Assembly (NCBI GenBank): GCA_020137815.1
Contig: CM035361.1
Coordinates: forward strand, 2,790,001 to 2,854,000
DNA from: Hormiphora californensis
Lineage: Eukaryota > Animalia > Ctenophora
Direction: 5' to 3'
DNA: 64,000 bases
The translations under genes were made by a program, and so were the position numbers. Position 1 is the stretch's first letter, and the number at the start of each line of letters is the position of its first letter. Shown one piece after another: positions 26,001 through 38,800 of the stretch. The notes beneath the pieces were generated by a model. That model saw nothing but the letters and a program-made list of their open reading frames with translations, was not told the DNA's origin and ran no database searches.

Positions 26001-29000
26001 GTATCAAGAGGACAAGAAGTTAAAAGTGATGTTCGTGAGTGAAAGAGATAGGTATGCAGTGATCCAGATGGCACCGGAGATCCGGAGGCTCTTATCTAAT
26101 AACGGTGATAGGATTAACTTGGGACTTCGACAGCATTTGGTGAAGAACAGGTATCACGTGATACAATGTTATCACTGTCAAGGATTTGGTCACATTGCAG
26201 GCTCTATATACTGTCCACAGAAGGATACTCCCGTATGCTGTTTCTGTGCTGGAACACATCAGACGAAAGATTGTAGAGCAAAGAAGACCAATGATACTGG
26301 TAAGATGAAGTGTGTGAATTGTGCGGATGGAGGATCTAGGGAGGACAAGAAGTATGCGAGGACCCATACTGCTTCTAGTATGTGGTGTCCCTCGTACATC
26401 AATGAACGGGCACGGCTTATGGAGAGGACTTCAGGTGTAAGCAAAGAGGAAAAAAACCTGTACTGGACGAGGACCAAGGAGGAACTGCACAGGAAAAGAC
26501 TTGGAAGATTGGGACATTAAATGTCCGCTCTCTTGTCAATAAAACTGGAGGTGTCATTTCACATCTGGAAGACGCGGATTGTGATATTTGTCTCATACAG
26601 GAAACATTTCTAAAGACCACAGACACTGGGAAACTCCAAGAAATAAGAGACAATGGATGGGATATTTTCTCATGCCCCAGAGGAGACAGAGGAGGTGGAG
26701 GAATTGGAATTCTTTTTCGAGATGGCATAGTACTTCGGCAGTGTCCTGTGAAGACCAAATATAAATCATTTCAAGTCCAAGAGGTTCTCATCAGTGACAG
26801 GGATCAACCGAAGAGGCTCTGTAATGTCTACCGTCCTCCGTACACACCTAAGTCAAGACTAACAGAAGCAACTTTCCTATCAGAATTTGGGGACTACCTT
26901 TCCGAGCTTGTCATGAAGCAAGGTACTCCGATCATTGCTGGAGACCTAAACTTCCAAGTACAAGATGATAACAACTTCTATGCGAGGAAACTGTTGGAAC
27001 TGCTGGATTCATTTGACCTACAACAAAGGGTACCACTACTGCCTACTCACAGACTTGGAGGAACCTTGGACCTGGTGATAACTGCGAGGGAAACTACTCT
27101 GGCTGATTTAACCATATTTCCCAATGGTACTACATCGGATCATTTCCTGGTGCAGTTTGGGATTCAAGTGAGGCCCGACCTGTCGAATTCCTGTCTGAAG
27201 AAATCAGTGTATCGAGAGTATATGGACTACAAATCAGTGGATCTGGAAGGATTTAAGGAGGACTTGAGGAAAGGAGATTTTGACAGAGGCAGGGATCCTG
27301 AGGAGGGTGTTGTGAACTTCTATCGTTGGCTGGAAGGAATAGTGGAAAAGCGTGTACCGAGGAAGCGGGTGAGGATGGGGAAAAAGTTTAAACCGTGGAG
27401 GGATGAGGAACTTAGGGGATTACTTCGTAAGAGGAGGAGTGCGGAACGGTATTGGCGGAAGCATGGAACTGAGGACGCAAAGCGGAGATTCAACGATCTG
27501 AAGAAGCTGTATGGAAATATGGATAAAGAAAAGAGGTCACTTTTCATTAGAGAGGACTTAGACGCTGTCAAAGGTGATCCAAAGAAACTACAGAGTAAGC
27601 TACAGAAACTCCTGGGAAAAGCTGAATCAATCCTCCCTGAAACAACAAACACGAAGAGTTTGGCGGATGATTTCTCGCAGTTCTTTAGCTCCAAAGTGGA
27701 AAAGATTCGAACCCAAGTCAATGAGGAACAACAGCAAGCTGGTGACTTTGAGGAACCCGGAAAGGCCTGTGATTCAACATGGAAGGAATTCAAGGAGATA
27801 TCTGAGGAGGAACTTGTTTTGGTGGTAAAGTCTATGTCTAGCAAACATTGTGACCTTGATCCGTTGCCCACCTGGGTAGTCAAGGAGTGTATCAGGGATC
27901 TTGCTCCGTTATTAACATCGATTGTAAACCAATCTCTCCGTCAATCAACAGTTGCAGAATCGCTCCAGAAGGCTATCGTGTTTCCTACCATCAAGAATAT
28001 GTATGGAGATAGGGAAGCTCTCAGTAACTACCGTCCTGTCTCAAACATCCCATTCCTTTCTAAGCTCCTAGAAAAGGTGGTGCTCACGCAACTGAATGAG
28101 TACCTTGAAAGCAATTCACTTTTGGGCAAGCATCAATCCGGTTATCGTGCAGGTCATAGCTGCGAAACGCTGTTAGCCAGTATGTTCGATGATGTGTTAG
28201 GGGAGATGGATAAAGGAAATGTTGTGGCTCTCATATGTTTGGACATGAGCGCTGCGTTTGACACAGTGGATCATGAGAAGTTGTTAGAGGTGCTGCAGAA
28301 ACGTTTTGGAGTGGATGGTGATCCTCTTCAATGGTTTAAGAGCTATCTGAGTTCCAGATCTTTTAGAGTCTCGGTTGGTGATTGTCTCTCGGATACTCTG
28401 GCCTTACTCTGTGGAGTGCCCCAAGGGTCCCTCCTGGGTCCTATTTTGTTTCTGCTATACATTGAGGCTGTACAGGACATTGTGGAACCATATGGACTCC
28501 GGATAAAGTTATATGCAGACGACTCCCAGCTCTATGTGAGTCTGGTTCCTACGGATTCTACTGGCTGGTCGGAGGCGAAGGTGGATATTGAGGAATGTCT
28601 GGCGAAGGTGAAGCGGTGGATGGTGGGACAGTGGTTGAAGTGCAACGAGGCTAAGACAGAATTCATCCTTCTTGGAAAACGCAGTTCCTTGTGCAAGGTC
28701 ACTTTCGATCCAGTCATTAACTTTGGAGGAACAGAAATCTCCCCTAGTGAATGTAGTGGAACAACCGGGAAAACCCTAGGAATCCTCTTGGATCACAATC
28801 TCAATCTTGAACGACAGGTTAACAATGTGAGGAAACAGTGTGGATTGGCATTACGGAATCTCTGGCAGTTGCACAGGTGTTTCGATATTCCAACAAAGAT
28901 AATGTTGGTCAAACAATTGATCATATCAAGAATTGATTACAGTAACATACTGTATTGTGGACTTCCAGGTCGAGTTCTCAGTGGGCTCCAGAAACTTCTC

Positions 29001-29778
29001 AACGCCTGTGTGCGCTTTATATACAACATCCATGGACACCAGGAAAGCTATTTGGAATACTTCAGGCAGTGCCATATCTTGCCCATCTCCTACAGACTGG
29101 ACTTCAAAGCCTGTCTGATCGCCTACAAGATAGTCTATGGAACAGCTCCTCGTTACCTCCAGGAAATGGTGCCACTTGATGACAGCTGGGGTCTATCCAG
29201 GACAACAAGGATGACTAGTGTTACTGATCCGTACAGATTAAAACACCCAAAGATGACAAGCATCAACGCCAACTCTAAGTTGAGACGTAGGAGACTATCA
29301 GTGTTCCTGCCTACTATTTGGAATGAGTTACCTCTTGAGCTCAGGTCAATCCCCAATGTGGATACATTCAAGGCCCGTCTGAAGACACATCTCTTCGTTG
29401 GTGCATTTGGAGTGGGTGATGGGGAACCCGCGGCTGAGTTGTAATATTAGTTGTAGTTGTGGAGCCTGCGGGCAATCAGTGTCATCCTCTCTCTAGTGGT
29501 TAGCCATGCTATTAAATCACTACCTAGTACCTATCCTTTTTTCGTAGCAGGTGTGAGTAAAGTGTGCTTTACATTTATATCTACAGGTTTATGGGACTAG
29601 TTATTCTACCAATTTTATAAGTGCAGTTGATATCGGCTTCTATATATTGTCTTTTTCAACCAGAGTGTTTGTGTGTGTCATATATTTACTCGAGGATATA
29701 CCGCTCTGATGACCAGACGGAGCATCGCCAATATTTTGACATGTTTCCGTCGGGTATGGGCGGTATATAAGCGCGGAA

Positions 29779-29809
<31 letters not shown>

Positions 29810-32800
29810 ATTGCTCTCCATTTTCACTTACCGAGAATTAGTTTAATGTTGCTCTCCATTTCTACTTACCGAGAATTAGTTTAATATTGCTCTCCATTTC
29901 CATCCACTGCCGGACAATATTGAACATGAGGTCAGGTCGAACACCGAACACCACGTACACAATATTTTTGAGGTGAGAGTGAAACTTGTACATTGAACAG
30001 TTGTTACTGCACCAATAGGTAAACGCTGGGAGAAAGGGGAAAAGGGGTTAGATAGTACAATTTGAAAGGGTTAGATAGTATTTGAAGAAATGGTCAAGAT
30101 AAATTGTGGACTGTGGAGCTATGTACAGTCGGACCCCGATTTACCGGGATGCTCGGGGGAAAGGGTTTTGCCCGGTAAATCGGTATGAAGCTATATGTAA
30201 CGTGGTAGCTGATAGGAAATGACTAATGAGAGCCGAGAGGAAAGAAACTTGAACAATGAACAGCTAGATCTATTAATTAATTAGTTAATTAATTAGTTAA
30301 TTAATTAATTAATATTTCGTACCGGGTAGTTCAGTATCCGCATCCAAAAGCTCCAAATCCAATTTCAAGGATTCTGATACGACGCAGAATGAGCCTAAAA
30401 CCTGTAAAATTAATTAAATCGTTAATTGAGAACTTTTGATTGTGATATAATCGTGTGTTGGTTGTTTGGTTGGTTTCGCTGTACCTCTAGTTAGGGGACA
30501 AAGGCTCATGAATGGGAAAAAATTTGCAACAAGCTAATTCCTTCACTAATGTGTTCCTAAGGGTGTCCAATAAGCCCCCAGAAAAGTGTAACGCGGTGTG
30601 AGGGGTGCAACATGGTCATTTCCGGTTGGGCGTGGCCGCGCATGGTGAAGATTGACACTTTCGTTCCCTTTGGGTTAAGTAGTAAAATGAGGACATTAAA
30701 ATGTGCAGAATCGACGGGTTAGCGGGGGTAGAACATGTCAAAATTTAAATTCCACGATTATTTTATGAGATAATTGCATAATTAGCATAATTAGTGCTCG
30801 GGCAAGGTAAATTTGATGGTTAATGGGGTAGGATGGGTTTGGACCCGGAAAAAGATCTACCGTGTGCGGCAAAAAAAAGGCCCCCCCCTAGACCACCATA
30901 GTTGCCGATGTGGTGGAGAGCTGTAACTTGGCAGGGTTGCTCCACTATGTCTATCTTGATCCTGACAGAAAAATCAGAGCTCTAGCTCAAAATTCATTTT
31001 CATGAACGGAATGAACTTCTCCGTTCCTTCGATATGAGACCCCCTCATCATTCAGAATTTTTTGCCCGTCTTTGGCTAACGATTATCTTTGTAATGAGAC
31101 CAATTTGAGCATAATCTGATTACCAGGAGAGACACAGTGGAGGGTTTTCCGACCGTCACTCCTGACATGTGATCCAGGCCCGGTCACGTGGTGAAAAGTG
31201 GGTTTGGGGTGCTGTTAACATGTCTCAATAACGGATTATTGCTCTCATATCCCTTGAATATCCCTCCACAATGCTCTCAAGTCACTTTGTGATGCTGATT
31301 GATTGGGTTCATGTCACCAGTTCTTGTCAAAGTTCTCAAGCGGCCCGTGATACGAGATCATTTCATCAAGGAGGGGCCATCTTGTGTCACTAATCAGCCT
31401 ATCATCTCACATTACACTAGCCAAGGGATCTGGGGTATTTAAATCTTCAAATGTTCATCAAAATCATTCCCAATCGTTACTTGCAATGCATTTTACACCC
31501 GAACAGAGGAACTTCATCTGGCTCAAGAAGGAAACCAACACCCTCTACCCCACCATCGAACAGGAGTTCTTTATCAAGTTTGGCCGCGATGCCCCATCCA
31601 AGAAGTCCTGCAGAAAGATCCATCGGACTCCAAAAACAACAATCCTGGACGATCCGGAAGGAGGAAGTCTGCTACAGGTCCTGCTTCCACAACAGCAGTA
31701 CTGAGAGACACACAGACAACACCAATCCAGTCCACCCGCAGGAGAGCGATTAGACTGGCGACATCTGCGAGATCCATTACCCGAATTCACAAGGCAGCTG
31801 GCATCAGGGGCTACAAGAGAACTTGCTGAATCTTTCTTGCTGCCTTGTGAATTCGGGTAATGGATCTCGCAGATGTCGCCAGTCTAATCGCTCTCCTGCG
31901 GGTGGACTGGATTGGTGTTGTCTGTGTGTCTCTCAGTACTGCTGTGTTGTGGAAGCAGGACCTGTAGCAGACTTCCTCCTTCCGGATCGTCCAGGATTGT
32001 TGTTTTTGGAGTCCGATGGATCTTTCTGCAGGACTTCTTGGATGGGGCATGGCGGCCAAACTTGATAAAGAACTCCTGTTCGATGGTGGGGTAGAGGGTG
32101 TTGGTTTCCTTCTTGAGCCAGATGAAGTTCCTCTGTTCGGGTGTAAAATGCATTGCAAGTAACGATTGGGAATGATTTTGATGAACATTTGAAGATTTAA
32201 ATACCCCAGATCCCTTGGCTAGTGTAATGTGAGATGATAGGCTGATTAGTGACACAAGATGGCCCCTCCTTGATGAAATGATCTCGTATCACGGGCCGCT
32301 TGAGAACTTTGACAAGAACTGGTGACATGAACCCAATCAATCAGCATCACAAAGTGACTTGAGAGCATTGTGGAGGGATATTCAAGGGATATGAGAGCAA
32401 TAATCCGTTATTGAGACATGTTAACAGCACCCCAAACCCACTTTTCACCACGTGACCGGGCCTGGATCACATGTCAGGAGTGACGGTCGGAAAACCCTCC
32501 ACTGTGTCTCTCCTGGTAATCAGATTATGCTCAAATTGGTCTCATTACAAAGATAATCGTTAGCCAAAGACGGGCAAAAAATTCTGAATGATGAGGGGGT
32601 CTCATATCGAAGGAACGGAGAAGGACATTCCGTTCATGAAAATGAATTTTGAGCTAGAGCTCTGATTTTTCTGTCAGGATCAAGATAGACATAGTGGAGC
32701 AACCCTGCCAAGTTACAGCTCTCCACCACATCGGCAACTATGGTGGTCTAGGGGGGGCCTTTTTTTTGCCGCACACGGTACTTCGACCGAAAACATTGCG

Positions 32801-35800
32801 TTAGTGGGGGTAGAGCACGTCAGATTTGTAATTAAACCATTTTCTTATGAGATAATTGCATAATTAGTACACTAATTATCGAAAAATTGGAACTTTGGAT
32901 CTGAAAAAAGATCTACCCCGACCAAAAACAGCATGTTAGTGGGGGTAGAGCATGTCAAAATTACCCTCAAACCATTTGCTAGTTATATGACCCTCCCAGA
33001 TACCCCTCAGATCCTACTAGATACCTCTATGACCCTCCCAGACACCCTCTAGATCCTATCTAATATCTCTCTGATCTTCCCTGATACCTATCAGATCCTC
33101 CCAGATACCCCGAAGCCTCCCAGATAGCCCTTAGACCGTGCTAGATATCCCGCAGACCCTATCTGATACCCCTCTGACCGTCCTAGATAGTTCTGAGACC
33201 GTGCTAAATACCCCTCAGACCATACCTGATACTTCTCTGATCCTCCCAGGTACTCCTCAGACCCTACCTGATACCCCTCTGACCCTCTCAAATACTCCTC
33301 AGACCCTACCTGATACCCCTCTGACCCTCTCAAATACTCCTCAGACCCTACCTGATACCTCTCTGACCATCCCAGATACCCCTCAGACCCTCCAAGATAG
33401 CCCTTAAGACCGTGCTAGGTACCTCTCAGACCCTCCAAGATAGCCCTTAGACCGTGCTAGGTACCTCTCAGACCCTCCAAGATAGCCCTTAGACCGTGTT
33501 AGGTACCGCTCAGACCCTACTAGATGCCTCTCTGACCCTTCCATATACCCCTCAGACCCTGCTAGGTACCCCTCTGACCCTCCAAGATAGCCCTTAGACC
33601 GTGCTAAATACCTCTGATGCAGAAGGGTCTGAGTGTTTTCTAGCATGCTTTGAGAGGTATTTAGCACGAAGTTAGACCCTTTGGCCGTCCTAGATACCCC
33701 GTTGGGCACGGTGTGAGGGTAATCAGGTGGGGTCAATGACTATCTAGTTGGATCTTAGGGGTATTAGTTAGAGTCTTAGGGGTATATAATAGGGTCTGAG
33801 GGGTATATGGGATGGTCAGAGGGGTATCTAGCACGGTCTCAGGGCTATCTAGCACGGTCAGAGGGGTATCAGGTAGGGTCTGCGGGATATCTAGCACGAT
33901 CTAAGGGCTATCTGGGAGGATCTGATAGGTATCTGGGAAGATCAGAGACTAGAGAGGTATCAGGTAGGGTCTGAGGGGTATCTGGGAGGATCAGAGAGGT
34001 ATCAGGTAGGGTCTGAGGGGTATCTGGGAAGATCAGAGAGGTATCAGGCCAGGTAGGGTCTGAGGGGTATCTGGGATGGTCAGAGGGGTATCAGGTAGGG
34101 TCTGAGGGGTATCTGGGATGGTCAGAGGGGTATCAGGTATGGTCTGAGGGGTATCTGGGAGGATCAGAAGGGTATCAGGTAGGGTCTGAGGGGTGTCTGG
34201 GAGGGTCATAGAGGTATCTAGTAGGGTCTGAGGGGTATCTGGGAGGGCCATATCATTAGCAAATGGTTTGAGGGTAATTTTGACATGCTCTACCCCCACT
34301 AACACGCTGTTTTTGGTCGGGGTAGATCTTTTTCCGGATCCAAAGTTCCAATTTTTAAATTTTTTAGATAATTAGTCTACTAATTATGCAATTATCTCAT
34401 AAGAAAATGGTTTAATTACAAATCTGACATGCTCTACCCCCACTAACACGATGTTTTCGGTCGGAGTAGATCTTTTTCCGGGCCCAAACCCATCCTACCC
34501 CATTAACCATCAAATTTACCTTGCGTGAGCACTAATTATGCTAATTATGCAATTATCTCATAAAATAATCATGAAATTTTAATTTTGACATGTTCTACCC
34601 CCACTAACCCGTCGATTCTGCACATTTTAATGTCCTCATTTTACTACTTAACCCAAAGGGAAAGAAAGTGTCAATCTTCACCATGCGCAGCCACGCCCAA
34701 CCGGAAATGACCATGTTGCACCCCGCACACCGCGTTACACTTTTCTGGGGGCTTAGTGGAGACCCTTAGGAACACATTAGTGAAGGAATTAGCTTGTTGC
34801 AAATTTTTTCCCATTCAGGGCCTAAATCCGCCTTTAATCCCCTTACTACTCGCACTACAAATCATTTTCGTGATGCCTGGCTCAAATGGTACAGTCGTAT
34901 CCGTCTGTCGTCGGTGTCATTGTCTAATTGAGCAAAGCTCACTAATCGTGTGTTTTATCATTTATGTAACGGTGTGCAAAAAAACAGATGTACTAAATAA
35001 TAGTAAACTATTTCATAAAAACAAAGTAATGGAACATGTATTTCCCGCCATAATATTACTGACATCAGAAAACACTTCCAGTTCCTCTCCTGAAAGCTGC
35101 CCATCCTCATTAGAGTCGAACATTGTGAACACAAACTTTGCAAAACTCTCCTCCCCTTCTAGGATGGCTGAGAGACCAATAACCAGTTCTCGGCAATCAA
35201 TATTACCTGCAGGAGAGAGGGGTAGTAGACTAAAGAGCTGAATTCAAAAGCGTTTTAGCGTTCAGTCTCTTGTTGGTCACTACAAACATCTCTCGATACA
35301 TACTAATTTAAGTTAGACAGAGACTTAATTTCGGCACCTACCCCAAAAACTTATTAGAGGACGCTACACACTTAAGTGTCCTCGATTTCTTCTCTACTCT
35401 TTTCCTAATAAAAGGATTTATACCCGTCTGGTTCATTTCACATTTGTGCAGCTCAGAATGAGTATATTCTGTTTATTAGCCTCACATTTGAGGCTAATAA
35501 ACAGTTATCTGATCATCCAACTGTCTAGAATTTAGATGACTTTGAAGTTATAACTGATAAAACATTGTAACCAATTAGGCTCAAAATGACTAAGTTTGGA
35601 TTCTCAATCAGGGGGTCTATATTAGGATGTTTTGGTGAAATAATTGAAACTACATCAGCGACTTGCGGGGTCAATGCATGTTTTTGACAGACTATTGATT
35701 TTAAATAAATGTATAGAATGTATTGATTTGTGAACAGTTGTATACAAATGAGTGAGGTGTGTACGCTCATCGCGGGACCCCATCAATAGTTTTCTGGTAG

Positions 35801-38800
35801 GGTAGTGCTATGTGGAGAGCGAAGCCGCTCTCCCTCCCTCCCATTCTCGCTAGAATGGATCATTGCACACATTAACTTATGTGTTTCTCTGGTGACATCT
35901 TACACATGCTCTCTAAAAATAAACATCATCTGTTTCCTCCAGCTTTGTACGGTTTTGTTCTTTTCCTCAGGCAATTTTGCTTTGGGACAAGGCATTTCAA
36001 CTATGCGGAATTACGCATGTCCCCATAGTTTTAGTCTTTGTTACTTGTGGCATGATCTATTGTTATTTAAACCTAGCCGATTGTTACTTTAATTAGTTAC
36101 TTAGTCAGACATACTTCTCTTATCCTTTTTTTCTTCTTTTTAGTACTGTTGAAATGATATTCTTGGTGGTGGTATGGTCATTACTGAAGGTCCCACCTGG
36201 AATCTCGGCAACTTCACCATCAAAAGGTTTGAAAAAATCATGTGACAATAATATGAACTGATTCGATTGTCACATGCTTGTCTAACTTTGCATAGTTTTA
36301 TTTTATTTAAACAGTAAACTGAATTATGAAATCATTGCATCAGAGTTGGAGTTGGGGCCAAATGAGATCTCTCCAGTATCATCTACTCAATCCAAAATCC
36401 CATATTCGGGTCAAAACCCATCTCTAATGTTTGATAAAGACATCTCGACCTATGGTAGGTTCATTAGGGCGATATTTTGTAGCTTCAAAGACAGACTTCC
36501 TTACTCATATTTGCCTTGCTCAACCCTGTTTCACTGCGCCCTGTACAAATGTAAGAAGCTCAGATCTATCATCAGTGAGATTGATATATTCTATCAATCG
36601 CACTGCAGTCGTATAAAAGGGCCTTGATAAAACAGGTGCATCATACTTTTACAGGGACAGTAAGGCGACTCAATGGTAAAAGTTGGATTAAATTTGATCT
36701 TGGGGCGACTCATTACGTCCGCTTGGTCACCCTGCACTACCTGTTTATGGAGGATTTCCCAAAATCCGACCGAACTTATTGGTGCCTAGAAAGCATAGCC
36801 AATTGGAACATATGTGTTGGTGCCTCTGGATACAACATTTCTATAGAAAGCGAAGAGGGATCAGCGGTGTTCTGTGGCACTATGGAGCTGAGTGGAAATC
36901 TCACACAAGCCGATAATATCTACACATTTGATTGTGCTGCAGTGGGAAGATTTGTCATGTTGTCTGGTGTGAGTCTACACATCATCCTGACAGAGGTGGT
37001 TGTGGGTATAACATCAGGTAAGTTCAATTCTCAATCAAATCACTGTGCTGAAAAGCGCATAATGGTTTTACTCAACAAAAACAATCACTTGTTTGTTTCC
37101 TTTTGTGTGCAACCAAATACAATGGAGTGCACAAAATTAGAGCGTGAGATGATACCGTGGGGCCGGGCGTGGCTATGGGTTAGACTTATCACATGCTAAT
37201 CTACCACATTTTAGTTACATGGAGTCCAGTAGAACTTCAAGTTAAGATCCCATTTGGTCTGGAGATCACCCCTCTCCAAATCAAAACCAACTCTATTCTC
37301 GGAAGTGGGGACAGGATTGGTTTGAATACATACACTGCAGATGGGAGTTTCATCGGAAGGGTGATTGTAGATTTCACGTCACCTTTCCAATACACCATCG
37401 TCTACTGCACCGACTGGACCTCCCTCCCAGTACAACCACCCGAGGAAGTGGACAAGATTTGGACAATTCGAAAGACGGCTACCGACCTCAGTATAGAGTG
37501 CAACGGGGTGGAGTTACTGAACTACCGGTTCAGTGACAGTAGTGATACTCGCTGTGTATCAAGGTGGGTAGGATCAGGAGATGTGGTGAAGATACACTTT
37601 GGCGAAATGGACAATGCATCTGACAGCTACAGAGCAAAACCAATAGGTAATGAACCCTAGTAATTGTACATACGCTGGTTAGTTGCTTAAACAACTTTGT
37701 TCTACTCTATTATCAGCACACACAAAATAAATTTTTGCAACTTTTTGCGGTTCACAACAGTGGCTACACCGTGATCATATATCAGCTGCATCTCACATCT
37801 CTCAACACGATTTCTATACCCATTACCCATCAGCGTGCCCCGGGTTTACTGTAGACGGATCAGTGCAAGGAAGTTGGAGCGATACAGATCCTGGACAGAC
37901 GGTGACCATTGAATGTCAGAAGAAGCACGTGCGAGATGGTAGCCGTGAGAGGACATGTAATTCCAACGGAGAGTGGGATAACAACGCTCCTCTTTGTAGA
38001 CAACTAGGTAAGCAATTGCATGAACACAGAGGACAAAACAGTCATACACAATCTCACAGACTGACGCAGCTAGTATAGACACATGTCACGCACAAACGAA
38101 CAATCATGCCATAACGTACTAACTTAGATATGGGGGGGGGGGCCTGCCGCAAGAATCTCATGCCTCATTGGCGATTTTCAGGGTAGCTGAGATTTTTGCG
38201 GCAGCCCCCCCCCCCCCAGATATTCAGTGATTATCATAATATATGACTAGGGGATATTGGGTAGCTGTAGGACCTACAGTGTAGGTTGCAACTTCAAAGA
38301 ACGTGGTTGATGGTTCACACTGAGATTTCCAATACCAACCTGAATTTCAATGGTAAGAAACTCAGCCACCATTTTCTCCACCTGTCTCTTTGTTCTACTA
38401 GCTCTGCTCTTTTAGAGTAAACAATTTTGTAAACCTGCCACAGACCTGCCCTAACTCCCTTATTAATTCACCACAAGACTCTCTCAAAGGCAAAATACCT
38501 AAAATCCATCGTATGTTAATAGTTGGAAGCGGAATAACCATGGCCACTCCCTAGTAAACACATGTACGCCACGTTAGTTGCATAAACTGCGTCATTCTAC
38601 TCCGTTAACAGCGAACACAAAATACGACGCTGTTACGATGTCGTTTTTGCAACTTTTTTGCGCCCTGCAAATTTGTAGTTGTAAGAACGGCGTCCAGCTG
38701 CTAATAATAAATAAACGGTAATTCGACCACCCTAACTCCCTTATTAATTCACCACAAGACTCTCTCAAAGGCAAAATACCTAAAATCCATCTATGTTAAT

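Larger units (their letters stand above)
25101..29805 (+). mobile_element. Full-length, apparently intact non-LTR retrotransposon (L2/CR1 group, Daphne/Crack-like)
   Basis: 5' UTR, ORF1, ORF2 (EN+RT), 3' UTR ending in an (ATT)n tail; no evident TSD. Confidence 0.9.
24941..29900. repeat. 37-bp minisatellite (end of a USP32 exon plus GTAAG donor), split by the LINE into 24941-25100 and ~29805-29900
   Basis: Unit TTACCGAGAATTAGTTTAAT(G/A)TTGCTCTCCATTT(T/C)CAC; minus strand ATGGAGAGCAATATTAAACTAATTCTCG|GTAAG = MESNIKLILG|donor. Confidence 0.85.
30860..32778. mobile_element. Palindromic Tc1/mariner (ITm) derivative: two 5' halves in inverted orientation
   Basis: TA|CCGTGTGCGGC ... GCCGCACACGG|TA; arms 30860-31798 and 31839-32778 with a 40-bp spacer. 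Removing it restores the host Foldback TIR. Confidence 0.88.
30503..34822. mobile_element. Foldback-type element with very long TIRs and internal 21-bp tandem repeats in opposite orientations
   Basis: 30503-30859 plus 32779-~33000 is the reverse complement of ~34240-34822; GATACCCCTCAGACCCT-type repeats switch strand near 33620-33750. No clear TSD. Confidence 0.8.

Noticed and set aside
33091-34305. PQTLPDT / GSEGY repeat ORFs (also 52647-53216)
   Set aside because: By-products of 21-bp tandem repeats inside non-autonomous transposons.
34890-34925. Possible extra USP32 micro-exon
   Set aside because: The neighbouring exons already join in phase and it has no similarity to USP32.
35525-35770. 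Short ORF-like segment duplicated at ~39039-39250
   Set aside because: The copies differ by frameshifts and show no recognisable domain; at most a decayed exon carried along in the duplication.
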